Below are positions 40,801-53,762 of a stretch of DNA of 64,000 nt, in pieces. This DNA is from Octopus sinensis (Eukaryota): assembly GCF_006345805.1 (NCBI RefSeq), contig NC_042997.1, positions 99,634,001 to 99,698,000 on the forward strand, in the 5' to 3' direction. The number at the start of each line of letters is the position of its first letter. The first letter of the stretch is position 1. Under the pieces are notes generated by a model. It saw only the letters and a program-made list of their open reading frames with translations. It made no database searches and was not told the DNA's origin. Position numbers and translations under genes: made by a program.

Positions 40801-42664
40801 TTTTGTTCTTTTCATTTCTTTTTATTGATGAAGATTTCTCAGCAAATGAAATCAGTTGACCAAAAGTATTCAGGTCTTTCACTCAAAATGTTTTCATATT
40901 TCAATAGGGGAGAAAAAAAGTTCTGTTTTATTTCTATATCTTTGCCAGGTAAGAAATTTACTTCCCAACCACATAGCTTTAAGTTCAGTCCCACTGCCTG
41001 GAACCTTGGGCAAGTGTATTCTACTCTGTCTTCAGGGTGATAAGTAGATTTGAGAGATGGAAATTGAAAGAAGCCCATATATATATGTATATATATATAC
41101 ACACATATATGTTTGTATGTATGTAGGTGGCTGTGTGATAAGAAGCTCGCTTCTCAGCCACATGATTCTGGGTTCAGTCCCACTGTGGCACCTTGAGCAA
41201 GGGTCTTCTACTATAGCCTCAAGCCGACCAAAACCTTGTGAGTGGATTTGGTAGGTGAAAACTGAAAGAAGCCCATTATATATATATAAATATGTGTGTG
41301 TGGTGTTTGTCCCTCATCACCACTTGACAACCAGTGTTGGTGTGTTTACATCCCCATAACTTAGCAGTTGGCAAAAGTGACCAATAGAATAAGTACTAAG
41401 CTTAAAAAAAATAATTCCATGTATTTGTATTTGACTAGTATCACTGCTTCACAACTGGTATTGATGTGTTTACCTGCTCATAACTAATGAATAAAAAAGT
41501 TAATGATAAAAATTGAATACAGGTTAATTCTAAAGATCCAGCTTTTAATGACATCACTTTATTTTATCAAATTTGCCATAGAGGGTTAGCTTTGCGTACT
41601 GGACAAGACATTAATGAGGCGAATCATAAAAAATGGGAGAAGACAGAAAGCGCCTGCCGACCCTCTGCTTCTCTATAACATTGTTCTCTTAAAAAGACAC
41701 ATCTTGAGGTAATAACCCTCTTACAGAAATAACAACAATATTAATGCACACTACAGCACTAGGCCTATTCTTTTTCACCCCCAACCAGGCTGTGGGCTGC
41801 CCATAAGTACTGCCCTGGATCCCGGTAGGGGTCCCAACTCATAATTCTGTACAAGTCCTTCATAAAGGAGCCCACCACCATTGACATGTTAGCCTCCGAC
41901 ATGACCTTCGCAGTCACCTCCAGTCAAGGCTAAGGGCTCCTCCTTCAAACCTTGCTTCCTTAGGAAGCTTTCTATTGCTCCTCCCTTCAGAAAGAATACG
42001 ACAAACTCATCTTCCCTCCTTCTGGGATGGGCCACTGCTCCTTCTGTCGGTGGCACACTTCCCACTGACAGGGTTTCATGACATCACTTGCTCTACCTAT
42101 TTCCAAGAAAGTTATTACCTCCTTTCTTCAAGAACTCTCAACTTTTCCATAAAAATGAGAATATTTAAGACAGTGAGCTAGCAGAACCATTGGCACGTCA
42201 GGCAAAATGTTTAGCGACATTTTGTCCATCTCTACATTCAAATTCTGCCAAAGTCAACTTTGCTTTTCATCCTTTTTTGAAGTCAATAAAATAAGTATCA
42301 GTTGAGTAATGTTATTGACAAGCCTTCTCCCACAAAATAGCTGGCATTGTGCCAAGCTGGGCAAAATGCTTAGTGGCATTTCATTCTTCATGTTCTGAGC
42401 CCAAATTCTTTCAGTGACCAATAAAATAAGTACCAGTCAAGAAAGTAAGATCAATGTAATTGATTCCCCTGCCCTTACTTGCTGACCTTGTGCCAAAATT
42501 TGAAATCACTATTTAATTGGTTGATGTGGCTGTGGTAAGAAGTTTGCATCCCAACTGCATGGTTCCCGGTTCAGTCCCATTGCATGGCACATTGGAAAAG
42601 TGTCTACTACTATTGGCCAACCGAAGCCTTATGAGTGAATTTGCTAGACAGAAACTGTAAGAAG

Positions 42665-42880
42665 GCGGCAAGCTGGCAGAAATGTTAGCCTGCCAGGCGA
42701 AATGCTTAGTGGTATTTTGTCTGCTGCTACATTCTGAGTTTAAATTATGCCAAGGTCGACTTTGCCATTCATCCTTTCGGGGTCGATAAATTAAGTACCA
42801 GTTACGCACTGGGGTCGATGTAATCGACTTAATCCGTTTGTCCCCTCTATGTTTAGCCCCTTGTGGGCAATAAAGAAATA
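42665..42880 (+). mobile_element. SINE family B nested inside a family A SINE (about 42525-43080)
   Basis: 15-bp TSD AGAAACTGTAAGAAG; the host SINE continues on both sides. Confidence 0.9.
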
Positions 42881-43516
42881 AGAAACTGTAAGAAGCCAGT
42901 TGTGTGTGTGTCTATGTTTCATATATCTCTTGGCTTGTTTACATCTCCGTAACTTAGCTGTTCGCCAGATGTGATCGATATAAGTACCAGATTTCAGAAA
43001 ATAAGTACTGATTGTCAATATCTCCTACTAAAACGTTTCAAGGCGATGCACCATCACGGCGTTCAATGACTAGAACATGTTGCAAGATACAGACGTGCTT
43101 TAATGAAATTTCCATCAATTTTCCGGTGTTACCTCCCTTAGTCTGGTACCCCCCTCTCCTTCCTGTCCTAAGGGAGATAAATACATGACATTTGTCTTGA
43201 TAGCGATATAGTAATTTGCGAGGACTGTCTAGCATGGGTATAGGCGGATATTAGAATTTCAAGCATTTTCATCCATTAATACTTACATTCGATCACGAAA
43301 TGCTTAAATAATTGACTTTTTCTTTTATTTGCTATATCATTACATTTGGGGAACACATCTATGTGTGTGTGTGAGTGCATATATTGTATATACAAAGATT
43401 TCGGGGCAATGGACATCAGTTAAAATAAAATAGTAATAAACGAGTGAAGAATGAATATATAATATGTGTGTTTATTTGGCAAAAAAAAAAAAAATGATCA
43501 TCCCGAAATACAACAT

Positions 43517-44460
43517 ATTGGTCATCCCACAGATAACGTGGTTTTTTTAAAATATATATTTCTCTTTTTTTCAAAATTAAAATAAAGATCTTTTTTACTC
43601 TAAAATATTCATTCCTACAATGCTCTTCCACCTATCTGGTAGACTTGCAAGGTCCCTCTTCCAAAATTCACTTGTCCGTGACGAAAAATACTCCTCATCT
43701 ACAGAATTCATATTTTTTCTGTCCAAATGATTTTGGAGACTGCGGAATAAATGATAATCAGAAGGAGCAATGTCTAGCGAATATGGTGGGTGGGGCATCG
43801 TTTCCCAATCAAACTGCTCCAGACTTTGGAATGTCATCCTCGCTGTATGTGGCCGAGCATTATCCTGATGGAAGAACACTTTTCGTCTTGAAACCAAGAA
43901 TGGTCGTTTTTTCTTCTAGCGCTGATGTAAGCTGCTTGCATTAGATCTCTTTTGTTATCGTTTGGTTTGGGTTTAAAAGTTCAAAGCGAACTGAACCTTT
44001 CATATCCCACCTAACGTAGGTGACCTTTAGTCTGGGATGCTGGTGTTTCTCCTTTCCCTGCCCACTGTCTTCAGCGCTTAACATTTTCATAGAGAACCCA
44101 TTTCTCGTCACCAGTTACTATTCGGTCCAAAAAAGGTTCATTCGTGGGACGTGACAGCAAAGAAGAATACGCATTCATTCCCTACACATGATTAGACTCG
44201 GAAACTTCATGAGGAACTCATTGATGCAACTTGCTGACTTTTACGGTGGTACGCAGGTGTCAACAAACGGTTAAATGGCCAAATCCAAGCTTCTCTGCTT
44301 GTTCCTCAACACTTACGATGGGATTTTGTTTCACCAGGGTTTGCAGGACATCCTCGTCAAGCTCTACAGATCTTCCAGGATGAGGCTCGTCTTCTAGGCT
44401 GTAGTTTCGCGCTCGGAATTTCTGGAACCACTGTTAACACTGGCTTACGCTTATTGTGTG
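43517..44460 (-). mobile_element. Mariner (DD34D) transposon relic, 5' truncated
   Basis: FHQDNARPHTA and HPPYSLDIAPSDYHLF motifs (ORF 43595-43897); upstream IVTGDEKW-like segment near 44100; terminal-repeat-like end near 43517. Confidence 0.9.
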
Positions 44461-44782
44461 TAACAACTCCCCCACAAACGAGAAGCAGTTGAGGGAGAGA
44501 ACAAGTTTGGCTAGAAGAAGTGTGAACGTGTCAGGTTGGGGGTTGGGTCGAATATATATTGTTGTGCCTGGGGAGAGTCATTCTCATGCATCAACACATG
44601 AACACACATAAAGAATCTTGTAAACCAAATCCAAAACGATATATATATATATAAATAGATGAGTGTATTTTTACCTTGTTAACAATTAACATGGAAAAAA
44701 TAAATAGTTACCAGGGCAGCAAAAATCTCGAATGTCAAAAGTAAAAATATTTGATTACACCTGTGTTAACTCCATTTTTTTA

Positions 44783-44816
<34 letters not shown>

Positions 44817-44960
44817 AAGTTCTTAGTGTCTCATTAAATGCATATTAAATGCTTCAGATAACAAAAGATGTGTTGTTTATATATATATATATATATGCAT
44901 TTAATGCGACACCACGAAAAGATTTATCCAAAAACGTTATTTAGCTGTTATTTTTAGCAC

Positions 44961-45501
44961 CACCTTGAACTGAATGATGAAGCAAGTCTCTCCGCACATA
45001 TTTCCATAGCATAGCTGTTATAATCAACAGCTGTGCAATGGTTCATCCCCAGTTCTTCAACATAAAACCGGACTGAAGTCAATTCCTTAACCGATGAGTA
45101 AAGGAATAGCACTACAGTCCTAAAAGGAAGAGTGCCACCTTCAAACCATGTGTCTTTCCTCATTGACACAGACTCCACGCATCCTTGGCGCAAGCATCGC
45201 CAGTACACATTCTCACCTCATCTTCTTGTACTCATAACATGCTTCTTCCTTTTACATAATTTTCTTCTTAGGTATAACACCCTTTTCTTGTAGGTACGAC
45301 ACAACATCCTCCCCTGTTCTCACCATAGTCTTCACCATAGATGGTTACTGGAGATTTCTGCCATAATCAAATAGACAGGTAAAATTTCCAGATGGATAAA
45401 ACAGTGGAACACAGCTTCAACAAGTGATTTCAATATATTTGTCAACAGATAGGTAAAATTTCCAGGTGGTTAAAACAGTAGAATACACCGTCAGCAAGTG
45501 G
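44961..45501 (-). mobile_element. Merlin (IS1016/ISXO2-like) transposon fragment, N-terminal transposase relic
   Basis: WRCLRQGC..VSMRKDTWFEG..LPFRTVVLFLY..EELGMNHCTAVDYNSYAMEICA resembles the Merlin N-terminus; about 73-bp tandem repeat at 45370-45500. Confidence 0.65.
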
Positions 45502-45679
45502 TTTAATGCGACACCACGAACTTAAAAGATTTATCCAAAAACGTTATTTAGCTGTTATTTTTAGCACGCCTCACAACCACCTAAATGACAAAAAAAAAAG
45601 AAAGAACGAGTAAACAACATGTTTTTTGTAGTTCACACAAACCTTTTTTCAGATGCTGTCCAGTTTACAACTTCAGAGC

Positions 45680-45800
45680 TGCTAAAATGAAAGATAAATT
45701 TGGTGAGAATGATGAAATGTTATAATGGAGGTCTGTAGATGTGTGCTGTGTGCAAGAAATGAAATGGAGGAGAGCCTCAGCTAAACTTATCTTCAGCAAG
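45680..45800 (+). mobile_element. Small LINE APE-endonuclease relic
   Basis: RSVDVCCVQEMKWRRASAKL resembles the DV.C.QE..W motif of RTE endonucleases. Confidence 0.55.
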
Positions 45801-46505
45801 ATCGAAACTGGAGATTGGGCTCATGGACATCGAAAGCTTCATTTTCATGATCATCTAAAGCGGTCTTTCATTTCATGAGGTGTCGCTCTCGGTCGGTTTG
45901 AGGTTCTGGCTGTTAAGCGGAAAGCATGGAAATCCGTGTGTGATGCTAGAGTAGAAGCGTCTTTCGGTTTCCATCAACTCACAAGGTTTTGGAAATCTAC
46001 ACAAGGCTTTAGAAATCCCACAGGGCTATGGAAACACTTTTCAAGGTGGCGGGCAGTGGGACTGAGCATAGAGTCATGTCATTGCAAAGCAAACTTCTAA
46101 CTACACAACCATGCCTGTACCTCGCTGATACTCAATAAATACAGAATATAATAAATACATATGGGCATCTTCAAATTTAGTTGACTTCTGTAAATATCTC
46201 ATAACTGTAAGAGAAGGCTTTAGCTAAGTGTAAGTCAACTCTACCTTGCATTTGTTTATCTGAAGAAGTGATGAAAGCTATGTACAGAGATACAATCAAC
46301 AATGTGAAAATTGTCAATGGGATGCAAGTAGGCGTTCTTAAGCCACTAAGATGGTTGTTCATGGGAATTCCAATATATTAATTAAAAAAGCAGACAAGGT
46401 TCTGTTACCATCAATGAAATGGCCATGCTCCATATGCAGAAAAGCCCTGGGTAGGTACTCCATACACTGTGGTCTATGGGTGCCCCCAGAAAAGGGTACA
46501 GAGAA

Positions 46506-46737
46506 GATGACGAGCTAGCAGAAACGTTAGCACGCCGGGTGAAATGCTTAGCGATACTTCGTCTGCCATTACATTCTGAGTTCAAATTCTGCCAAGGTTG
46601 ACTTTGCATTTCATCCTTTCGGAGTCAATTAAATAAGTACCAGTTACGCACTGGGGTCGATGTAATCGACTTAATCCCTTTGTCTGTCCATGTTTGTCTC
46701 CTCTGTGTTTAGCCCCTTGTGGGCAATAAAGAAATAA
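46506..46737 (+). mobile_element. SINE family B (degenerate copies also at about 10935, 25211, 42170 and 52310 minus)
   Basis: Same consensus body and tail; no clear TSD. Confidence 0.85.
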
Positions 46738-48300
46738 GAATACCAGCAGGTTTGTAACAATTAGACTTTGTATTTAGCCCATGTGCAAGAGCAGTTAGCA
46801 CTAAGACCACAAGTAAAATAAATTCTTTTTGGTGCTTAGAATATTTCATAGAAGTATATATATATATGTGTGCTCCAGCATAGCCACTGCCAAATAACTG
46901 AAACAAGTAAAGCAATAAAACAATGTTTGTGTGTGTGTACGGCTGGCTTCTTTCAGCTTCCGTTTACCAAATCCACTCACAAGGCTTTGGTTGGCCTGAG
47001 CCTATAGAAAAAGACAGCTGCTCAAGGTGTCATACAGTGAGACTGAACCCAGAACCATGTGGTTGAGAAGCAAGTTTCTTATCACACAGCCACATCTATA
47101 TATATGCAGGGTCCATTTATATGCATGTGCATTTCCGTTTTCTATTTCAGTGCTTAATACACACGACAGGCTTTCACACAGTTTCTCAATTCCTTTGCAA
47201 AGCACTTGAGTATGTTAGAAGATAACACTGCAAAAGAAAACATGCTGGAAATTAACTTTAATTGCAAATCCTGCCATGCATAGTTTTGTGCATGCAGGGC
47301 AAAATCATAATCTCTGTTGTTGAAAACATGGGATTCCAAAACAATTTTAACAAAATAATAAAACAAAGAGGGATGGACAGACATCTTCTGCTTCTTAACA
47401 GCTTATACTTTCTAATTCTTGATTCAGGCCATCACTACTTTGCTTGGATCCCAATTTTTACATGCGTGTATGAACTAGTACATATAGGCCTTTTTTCTGT
47501 GAAAAGTTTGGCTGAGGCTCCCCTCCATTTCATCTCTTGCACACAGCACACATCTGCAGACCTCCATTCTAACATTTCAACAATCTCACCAGAATTACCT
47601 TTCATTCTACCAGTTCTGAAGTTTTAAACTGGACAGCATCTGAAAAAAAGGTTTGTGTGAACGTTTGCTTAACTGTGATGGTCTTTTGTACATATCCAAA
47701 TAATTATCCACATACTACTGCTCAATGAATTACCATATGCCCCAAATCCTGATATTTTTAGTTATTTTTTTACATTTAAAGTATTACAACATCAATGTAT
47801 TTGAACCATTGCACAAAAATGTTGCTAGAGGTGAAATTCAGAAATCTGAGTCAACCCAATATGTATAATAAATATGATTCATGATTTCATAAAATTTAAC
47901 AACCTTTAACACCCAAAGCTTTATTTATATACATACATGTGTGTGTGTTATCTTATTCTATGGCTTGTTCCAGTTACTGGACTGTGGCCATGCTGGGACA
48001 CTGCATTGAAGGATTTAGTCAGACAATACCAATAAGCATTTTAAGTTTGCTGCTTATTCTATCACCCCGCTTTTGCCAAGTTTCTAAGTTACAAGGATAT
48101 TAAGCCAACCAAAACTAGAAGACAAATAGTGTGGGGAAACAAACACAAACATGCACACACACAAAGCTTCTACATAGCTTTTGTTAATCAAATTCAGTTT
48201 ACAATGATGAATCATAAAGTGGCTTGGTAAGATGCCCCAATGACAATGACATATTGTATTACAGGTCATAAGATATGACCATTTATCCAGGTATAAAATA

Positions 48301-48900
48301 CTGTAAATCCTCGAGTATAGTCCACCCTTGAGTATAATATGCAGGGGATTTTTAGGGGGCTGTACCTCTGATAAACCTAAACCTTTTGTATAATATGTAC
48401 CCCTTCTCTAACTTGAGTCAAGGAGGTCTATACAACGTCCTTGGTTTGTAAAAATGTATACAGTAATGTACATTATTATTATTGTATATATAACATTATG
48501 CAAACGTGTAGCTTTTTTGTGCATTTTGTTTGCAGAAAATAAAGAAATAACAGTAATAACGTTTAATAAATGTTGCTTACTGCAAGTTATGGATGATTCT
48601 TTTATGACTTCATTGCTTTCAGGCTTAGCTTAAGGTATTTTCGCATCCGACGTCACAAAATGTGTCTGAATAAACATTGGATGATTCTTTTATGAGTTCA
48701 TTGCTTTCAGGCTTAGCTTAAGGTATTTTTGCGCCCGACTTCACAAAATGCACCTGAATAAACATTGCCGGACAGCAAATAGAGACTCGGACATTGCTTA
48801 GAAAATAATTTTCATTTTTAACCTCGTATATAGTACGCACTAGGGATTTTGACCTTTAAAATTTGAGAAAAAAATGTGGATTATACTCGAGGATTTACGG
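48301..48900. mobile_element. Tc2/pogo-like MITE (600 bp) with an internal tandem duplication of about 89 bp
   Basis: TA flanks; TIR C(T/C)GTAAATCCTCGAGTATA; duplicated TGGATGATTCTTTT...TGAATAAACAT at about 48590-48767. Confidence 0.85.
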
Positions 48901-49868
48901 TAGTTGAAATATTTTATATAAAAAAATAGAAGCAAATTCTACAACCCCAACACTTTCATACTAATCAAGGTGCTCAAATTTTATTACAACTCCTGTCATA
49001 ACTCTAGTGAAGCAGATAACTTTGCTTGCCTCAGTCCTCCTTAGCTCTTTAATGCTTTCTACTCCTATTTTACCCATATCATCATCATTTAATTTTTTTT
49101 TTCCACAATTGCATGGATCAAACAGAATTTGTTGGGGCAGATTTTCTATGACTGGATGCTCTTCCTATCACCAACCCTTACCTGTTTCCATGCAAGGTAA
49201 TATTTTCCCATGGCCAAACATGCTTTCATGGAAGACTGGAGATGAACTATTGCTTGAATCACACTGATGCTTGTTTACAAACATTACATGATGTCAAGAC
49301 AAGGGTACATGAAAACACATAACTACATAGATTCATTATCATCATCATCATCATCATTTAATGCCAGTTTCCCATGCTGGCATCGGTTGGACAGTTTGAC
49401 AGGTGCTGATAAGGCCAGGGCAGAATTTGAACTCAGAACAAATAACAAGGAGCATTCTTTCAAATGTTCTAATGATCCTGTCATTTTTTCCCCTAAAACA
49501 TTGCATAAAATAATTTTGAAAAACAAAGGATTCACTATTACTCTCTCAAAAGGTAAAAAAAAATTTAAATAATTAAAAACTCAGGAAATAGTGGAAGATG
49601 CAAATTAAAATTTGTCACCATAGTCTAATACTGAGTTTGTGCAATATTCCTGGTAAATAAAGTTTATTAATTCTCTTCAGGTGTTCCCTAGTAGTATTTG
49701 AAATCTGTAGACAAAAGACAGGGATTCTTTGGGTAGAATACAAAGGAATTCATTGCAAGTATGTGATTTCAAACATTTCATTCAATTACAAGAAACAAAA
49801 CAAAACATGAAGGATATTAATTATTTAATACGATTTACACACACACATATATATATATAGTGTACATT

Positions 49869-49913
<45 letters not shown>

Positions 49914-50085
49914 ATATGCATATGCATATAAATGCATGTGTTCTAGAATAAATAAGCCAGCACAAGTACAAAAAAATGAAAAAATTGAAGAAAAAATTTT
50001 TCCTTCTGTATTTTGTTTTTGATGTGTGTATGAGTATTTTGTATTTTTCTTTCTTTTTTTTTTGTCGTTTGTGGAGAATAATTTA

Positions 50086-50205
50086 TCAAAAGAAGTTTTT
50101 TATGTAATTGCTGATCAGTTGTACCCAAATTGGTACATATCTGTCCTTTCTTTTGAATGTGGTTTCTGAAACAATGTCAGAACTCTGGAACAGATGTACA
50201 TGTTC
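50086..50205 (-). CDS. Terminal coding exon of unrecognised protein: EHVHLFQSSDIVSETTFKRKDRYVPIWVQLISNYIKNFF*
   Basis: Pyrimidine tract + CCAG acceptor; phase-0 frame open for 39 codons to TGA; AATAAA candidate at 49663-49668 downstream. Confidence 0.62.
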   Translation of the reverse strand, partial: EHVHLFQSSDIVSETTFKRKDRYVPIWVQLISNYIKNFF

Positions 50206-50268
50206 CTGGAAAAAAACAAGTAAATAAATGAATAAATAAACGAATAAATAAGATAAAACAAAATTTAA

Positions 50269-50488
50269 CCCTTTAGCATTCAGATTTCTGTGTCAAATGT
50301 AATGTTTATTTATTTACATTGATTTAAATTAGTCATGCATTACCTTGTAGCTTTAGGATTTCAATGACATGATTGTTAATTTTTAGAATAATATTGTAAG
50401 GTAAATGTGAGAGGCTGGATCTGGCCAATCTGAAGATAAAACAGGTAGATTATTTTGGCCAGATATGGCCGGTTTAAATGCTAAAGGG
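50269..50488. mobile_element. piggyBac-type MITE family 2 (220 bp)
   Basis: TTAA TSD; 12-bp TIR CCCTTTAGCATT. Confidence 0.9.
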
Positions 50489-50524
50489 TTAAATATATCG
50501 AAGTGATAAACAGAAAAAAAAACA

Positions 50525-51103
50525 CAGTAACACCTCACTTTACGAGGACCCACTTTACAAGACACTGGGTTTACGAGTTTTATTTTTCAACTCTCTTTTG
50601 TATGATCTGAAATTTTTGAAGCACAAAATCCAAATTTTGAATGAAGTGCAAAAGTTTCTACTACCATAACAAATGCTGCTGCGTGTTACCAAGAAATTTA
50701 TGGAGAGCGAAAAACAGCTTCTTCTTCTAAGCAAACAACTCTAGACTTGTTTTTTAAAAAGAAATCTACAAGTCCGTCTACAAGTGCTTGTGAATCAGCA
50801 ATTGTGTCTACATGTGAAATGGTGTGCATGCGTCTAGTATGAGTGAATGTGATTCAGAAAATTTTAATAATAATAATATTTTTTATTATAAATGATCTAG
50901 ACATTCTTTTTAGATTATATAAAAGATTCTTTACACTCTGCTGTTATTTCATTGCTACTGATTTATGAGTATCATAAATATTATAAGTGAAGTATTTTTC
51001 TGGGAACAAATTACAATTTATAGCATTGCTAGTATGGGAAATTATTGCTTTGCTTAACCAGTGATCTCTGCAAACAAATTAACTTGTATATTGGGGCATT
51101 ATA
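50525..51103 (+). mobile_element. Degenerate Tigger/pogo deletion derivative
   Basis: CAGTAACACCTCACTTTACG terminus; C-terminal relic YQEIYGERKTASSSKQTTLDLFF. Confidence 0.55.
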
Positions 51104-53160
51104 GTATTTCCTTTTCAAATCAACTCCAGAAGTTATTTTCCTTCTGCATCCTACAGAAACAGGTTTGGATATTTATGTATTCTTTTAATTGTTTCAGTTA
51201 TTGGACTGTGACCATGCTGGGGCATCATCTTGGCAAGTTTAAGTTGAACAAATCGATGTCAGTACTTATTTATTTCAGTCTGGTACCTATTCTATCAGTT
51301 TCCTTTACCAAACTATTAAGTTATAGCAATGTAAACAAAACCAAAACAGGTTGTCAAATGGTATGATAAGAAACATAATGACAGGCACACTCACACACAC
51401 ACACACATGATACATATACATGTCATATATATATGTGTATATATGCACACACATACACACATAATAGACTTCCACAGTTTTCATCTAGAGGTGGATTTGG
51501 TAGGTGGAAACTAAAACAAACTCATCATATATATGTATGTATGTATATATTTATGTATGTGTATCGTTGTATTTGTGTTTTTCTCCCACAACTGCTTGAC
51601 AACCAGTGTTGGTTTGTTTATGTTCCAGTAGCTTAACAGTTCAGTTTTTAAAAAAAGCCAATAGCATAAGTGCCAGGTTTTAAAAAATAAGTACTAGGGT
51701 TAATTTCTTTGACTGAATCCTTTGAAGTGGTGCCCCAGTATGGCCACAATCAAATGACTGAAACAAGTAAATGATAAAAGCTGCTCTCTGAATTTATTTT
51801 AGAGAAAGACAAAATATATATTCTTTCTGTAAAAGATGATTTTGATGACCAACAAAAATAACTACTTTTAGATTATAAGGAAACAAACATATTACTTGAG
51901 CAAATTTATCTGATTATATTTAACTAATCAGCTTAGCTAGTAGTGTGCAAATGAATTTAAAAAGCATGAAGGACACTGATCAGTTGGTATTTACAAGATA
52001 TATTTGTACACAAATGTGGTGAAGAATTGATAATGTGTAACTGATAAAATTGTGTAGCAAGTTGGTATTAGTGTAATGTGACAAAATAAAAAAGAAGCAG
52101 CTGAATGATAAGATCTAAGAGCCATGACTGTTGCAGGCCCTGATGAGGGCAATGCATATGAATTTTAACATGGATTTTATCATCATCATTTTAGCATCCA
52201 CTTTTTCATGCTTGCAACAGTGGAACAGAGATCAATGAGGTAGATTTTCTACAGTTTAATGCTCTTCTTGTCACAAACCTCACCTGTATCCAAGCAAGGT
52301 AATACTGGTTTCAAATTTTGGCACAACGCCAGCAATTTCAATGTCAGTGCTCAACTGGTACTTATTTTATGGGCACCAAAAGAATGGGAGGCAAAATCAA
52401 CTTTGGTAGAATTTGAATTCAGAATGTATGCACAAACGAAATGCCACTAAGCATTTTGCCTGGTGTGCTAACAATTCTACCAGCTCGCTGCCTTAAAGGA
52501 AAGTAATATTGCAAGACATGCTTTTGCAGAATACTGAAAATGAATGACATTGCTTGTATGACTGTGACACTTGTTAGTAACGTCAAGGAGACACAAACAT
52601 TCTATAAAGTAAAATGGTGAGCAAGTTGTGAGTTCTATGCTATTGTAATAATGAGTAGGAAGGATTCAGTATAATAGTGCCAGATATGGAGAGTAAGACA
52701 AATCAGTCTGAGAAATGAAGGAGTGGAATAAACTTAGGTGGAGAGGGTATACAACTATTGGTTCAACAGTACAGAAGTCATTATACTAGCGACAGAAGAG
52801 ACAGAGAGAAGAAACAGCGTATATGTGAGATAGTTGTTGGAGAAATAGATAATACCCAACACCAGGATAGGCCTTTTGCCTTGTGAGTTCAGAAGTTCCC
52901 TTTTGTTTGTTTCTTAGGTAGGTCCACCATCCATCACCAGCTTGCCAGGCTTGTCATGACATCACCATATTACTCATTTATGGTAGCTGAGTGGACTAGA
53001 CCATCATGAAATGAAGTGTTTTTACTCAAGAACACAAAGCATTGCTCAATCCAGGAACTGAAACCACAATCTTACAATCATGAATCCAACACCCTAACCA
53101 CTAAGTCACACATGTCCACCAGTTGTTGAAGTACTGTGGCTTTTCTTGAGGACAGTCTTA

Positions 53161-53476
53161 CAGGAATTCTCAATCATTTTTTATCTTTAGACCCCTTTAT
53201 TACTATTTTACTCTAGTGGACCCCCATAGCCATTCATTGTTTAAAAACTAGTTTTCTAAAAACTTCTTTCAAAATACCTATTTTGTTTTACATACATCAA
53301 CTTGTGTAAGTTGAATTGAGTAAAATGTTAGAGAAAGAAACTTAGCTGTTTCTTGCAATACATCAAAAGCAAATTTTTTTCAGGGGCCCTTAAAATATTA
53401 TTGTGGATCTTTAAATTTACTGTTTTGTTGTGTGGACCCCAAAAATCTTTTATGGACCCCAGTTGGGAACCACTTG
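53161..53476. mobile_element. Longer, degenerate copy of the same hAT MITE family in opposite orientation
   Basis: Shares AAAACTAGTTTT..AAACTTCTTTCAAAA and TGGACCC segments in reverse complement with 33688-33856; TSD unclear. Confidence 0.55.
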
Positions 53477-53679
53477 TCTAGGGTATTCACCTATGAAGAA
53501 ATTATATTTACCCAGATAAATGAAGTTTGCGATATATGGAAATATGGTGCATTGCAGCCCCATCCAAGCAAACATTAGAACAGAAAATCAGATACTAAAA
53601 CAATGAGGATAATGTTGACAACAATGATGATGATAATGATGGCTACCTTTAAAATTAAAGATGAAATTAGTATATTTAC

Positions 53680-53762
53680 CTGACGTAACTGTTGCCTTAA
53701 ATTTTCATTTTGCGTAATTATAGCTAACTGGCATTCAAGATCACGATAGACTGACCGATAAC
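53680..53762 (-). CDS. Internal exon (83 nt) of unrecognised protein: (x)YRSVYRDLECQLAIITQNENLRQQLRQ
   Basis: TTTCTTTTTCTTTCACAG acceptor and CAG|GTAAAT donor; open frame; composition more coding-like than the flanks. Confidence 0.7.
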
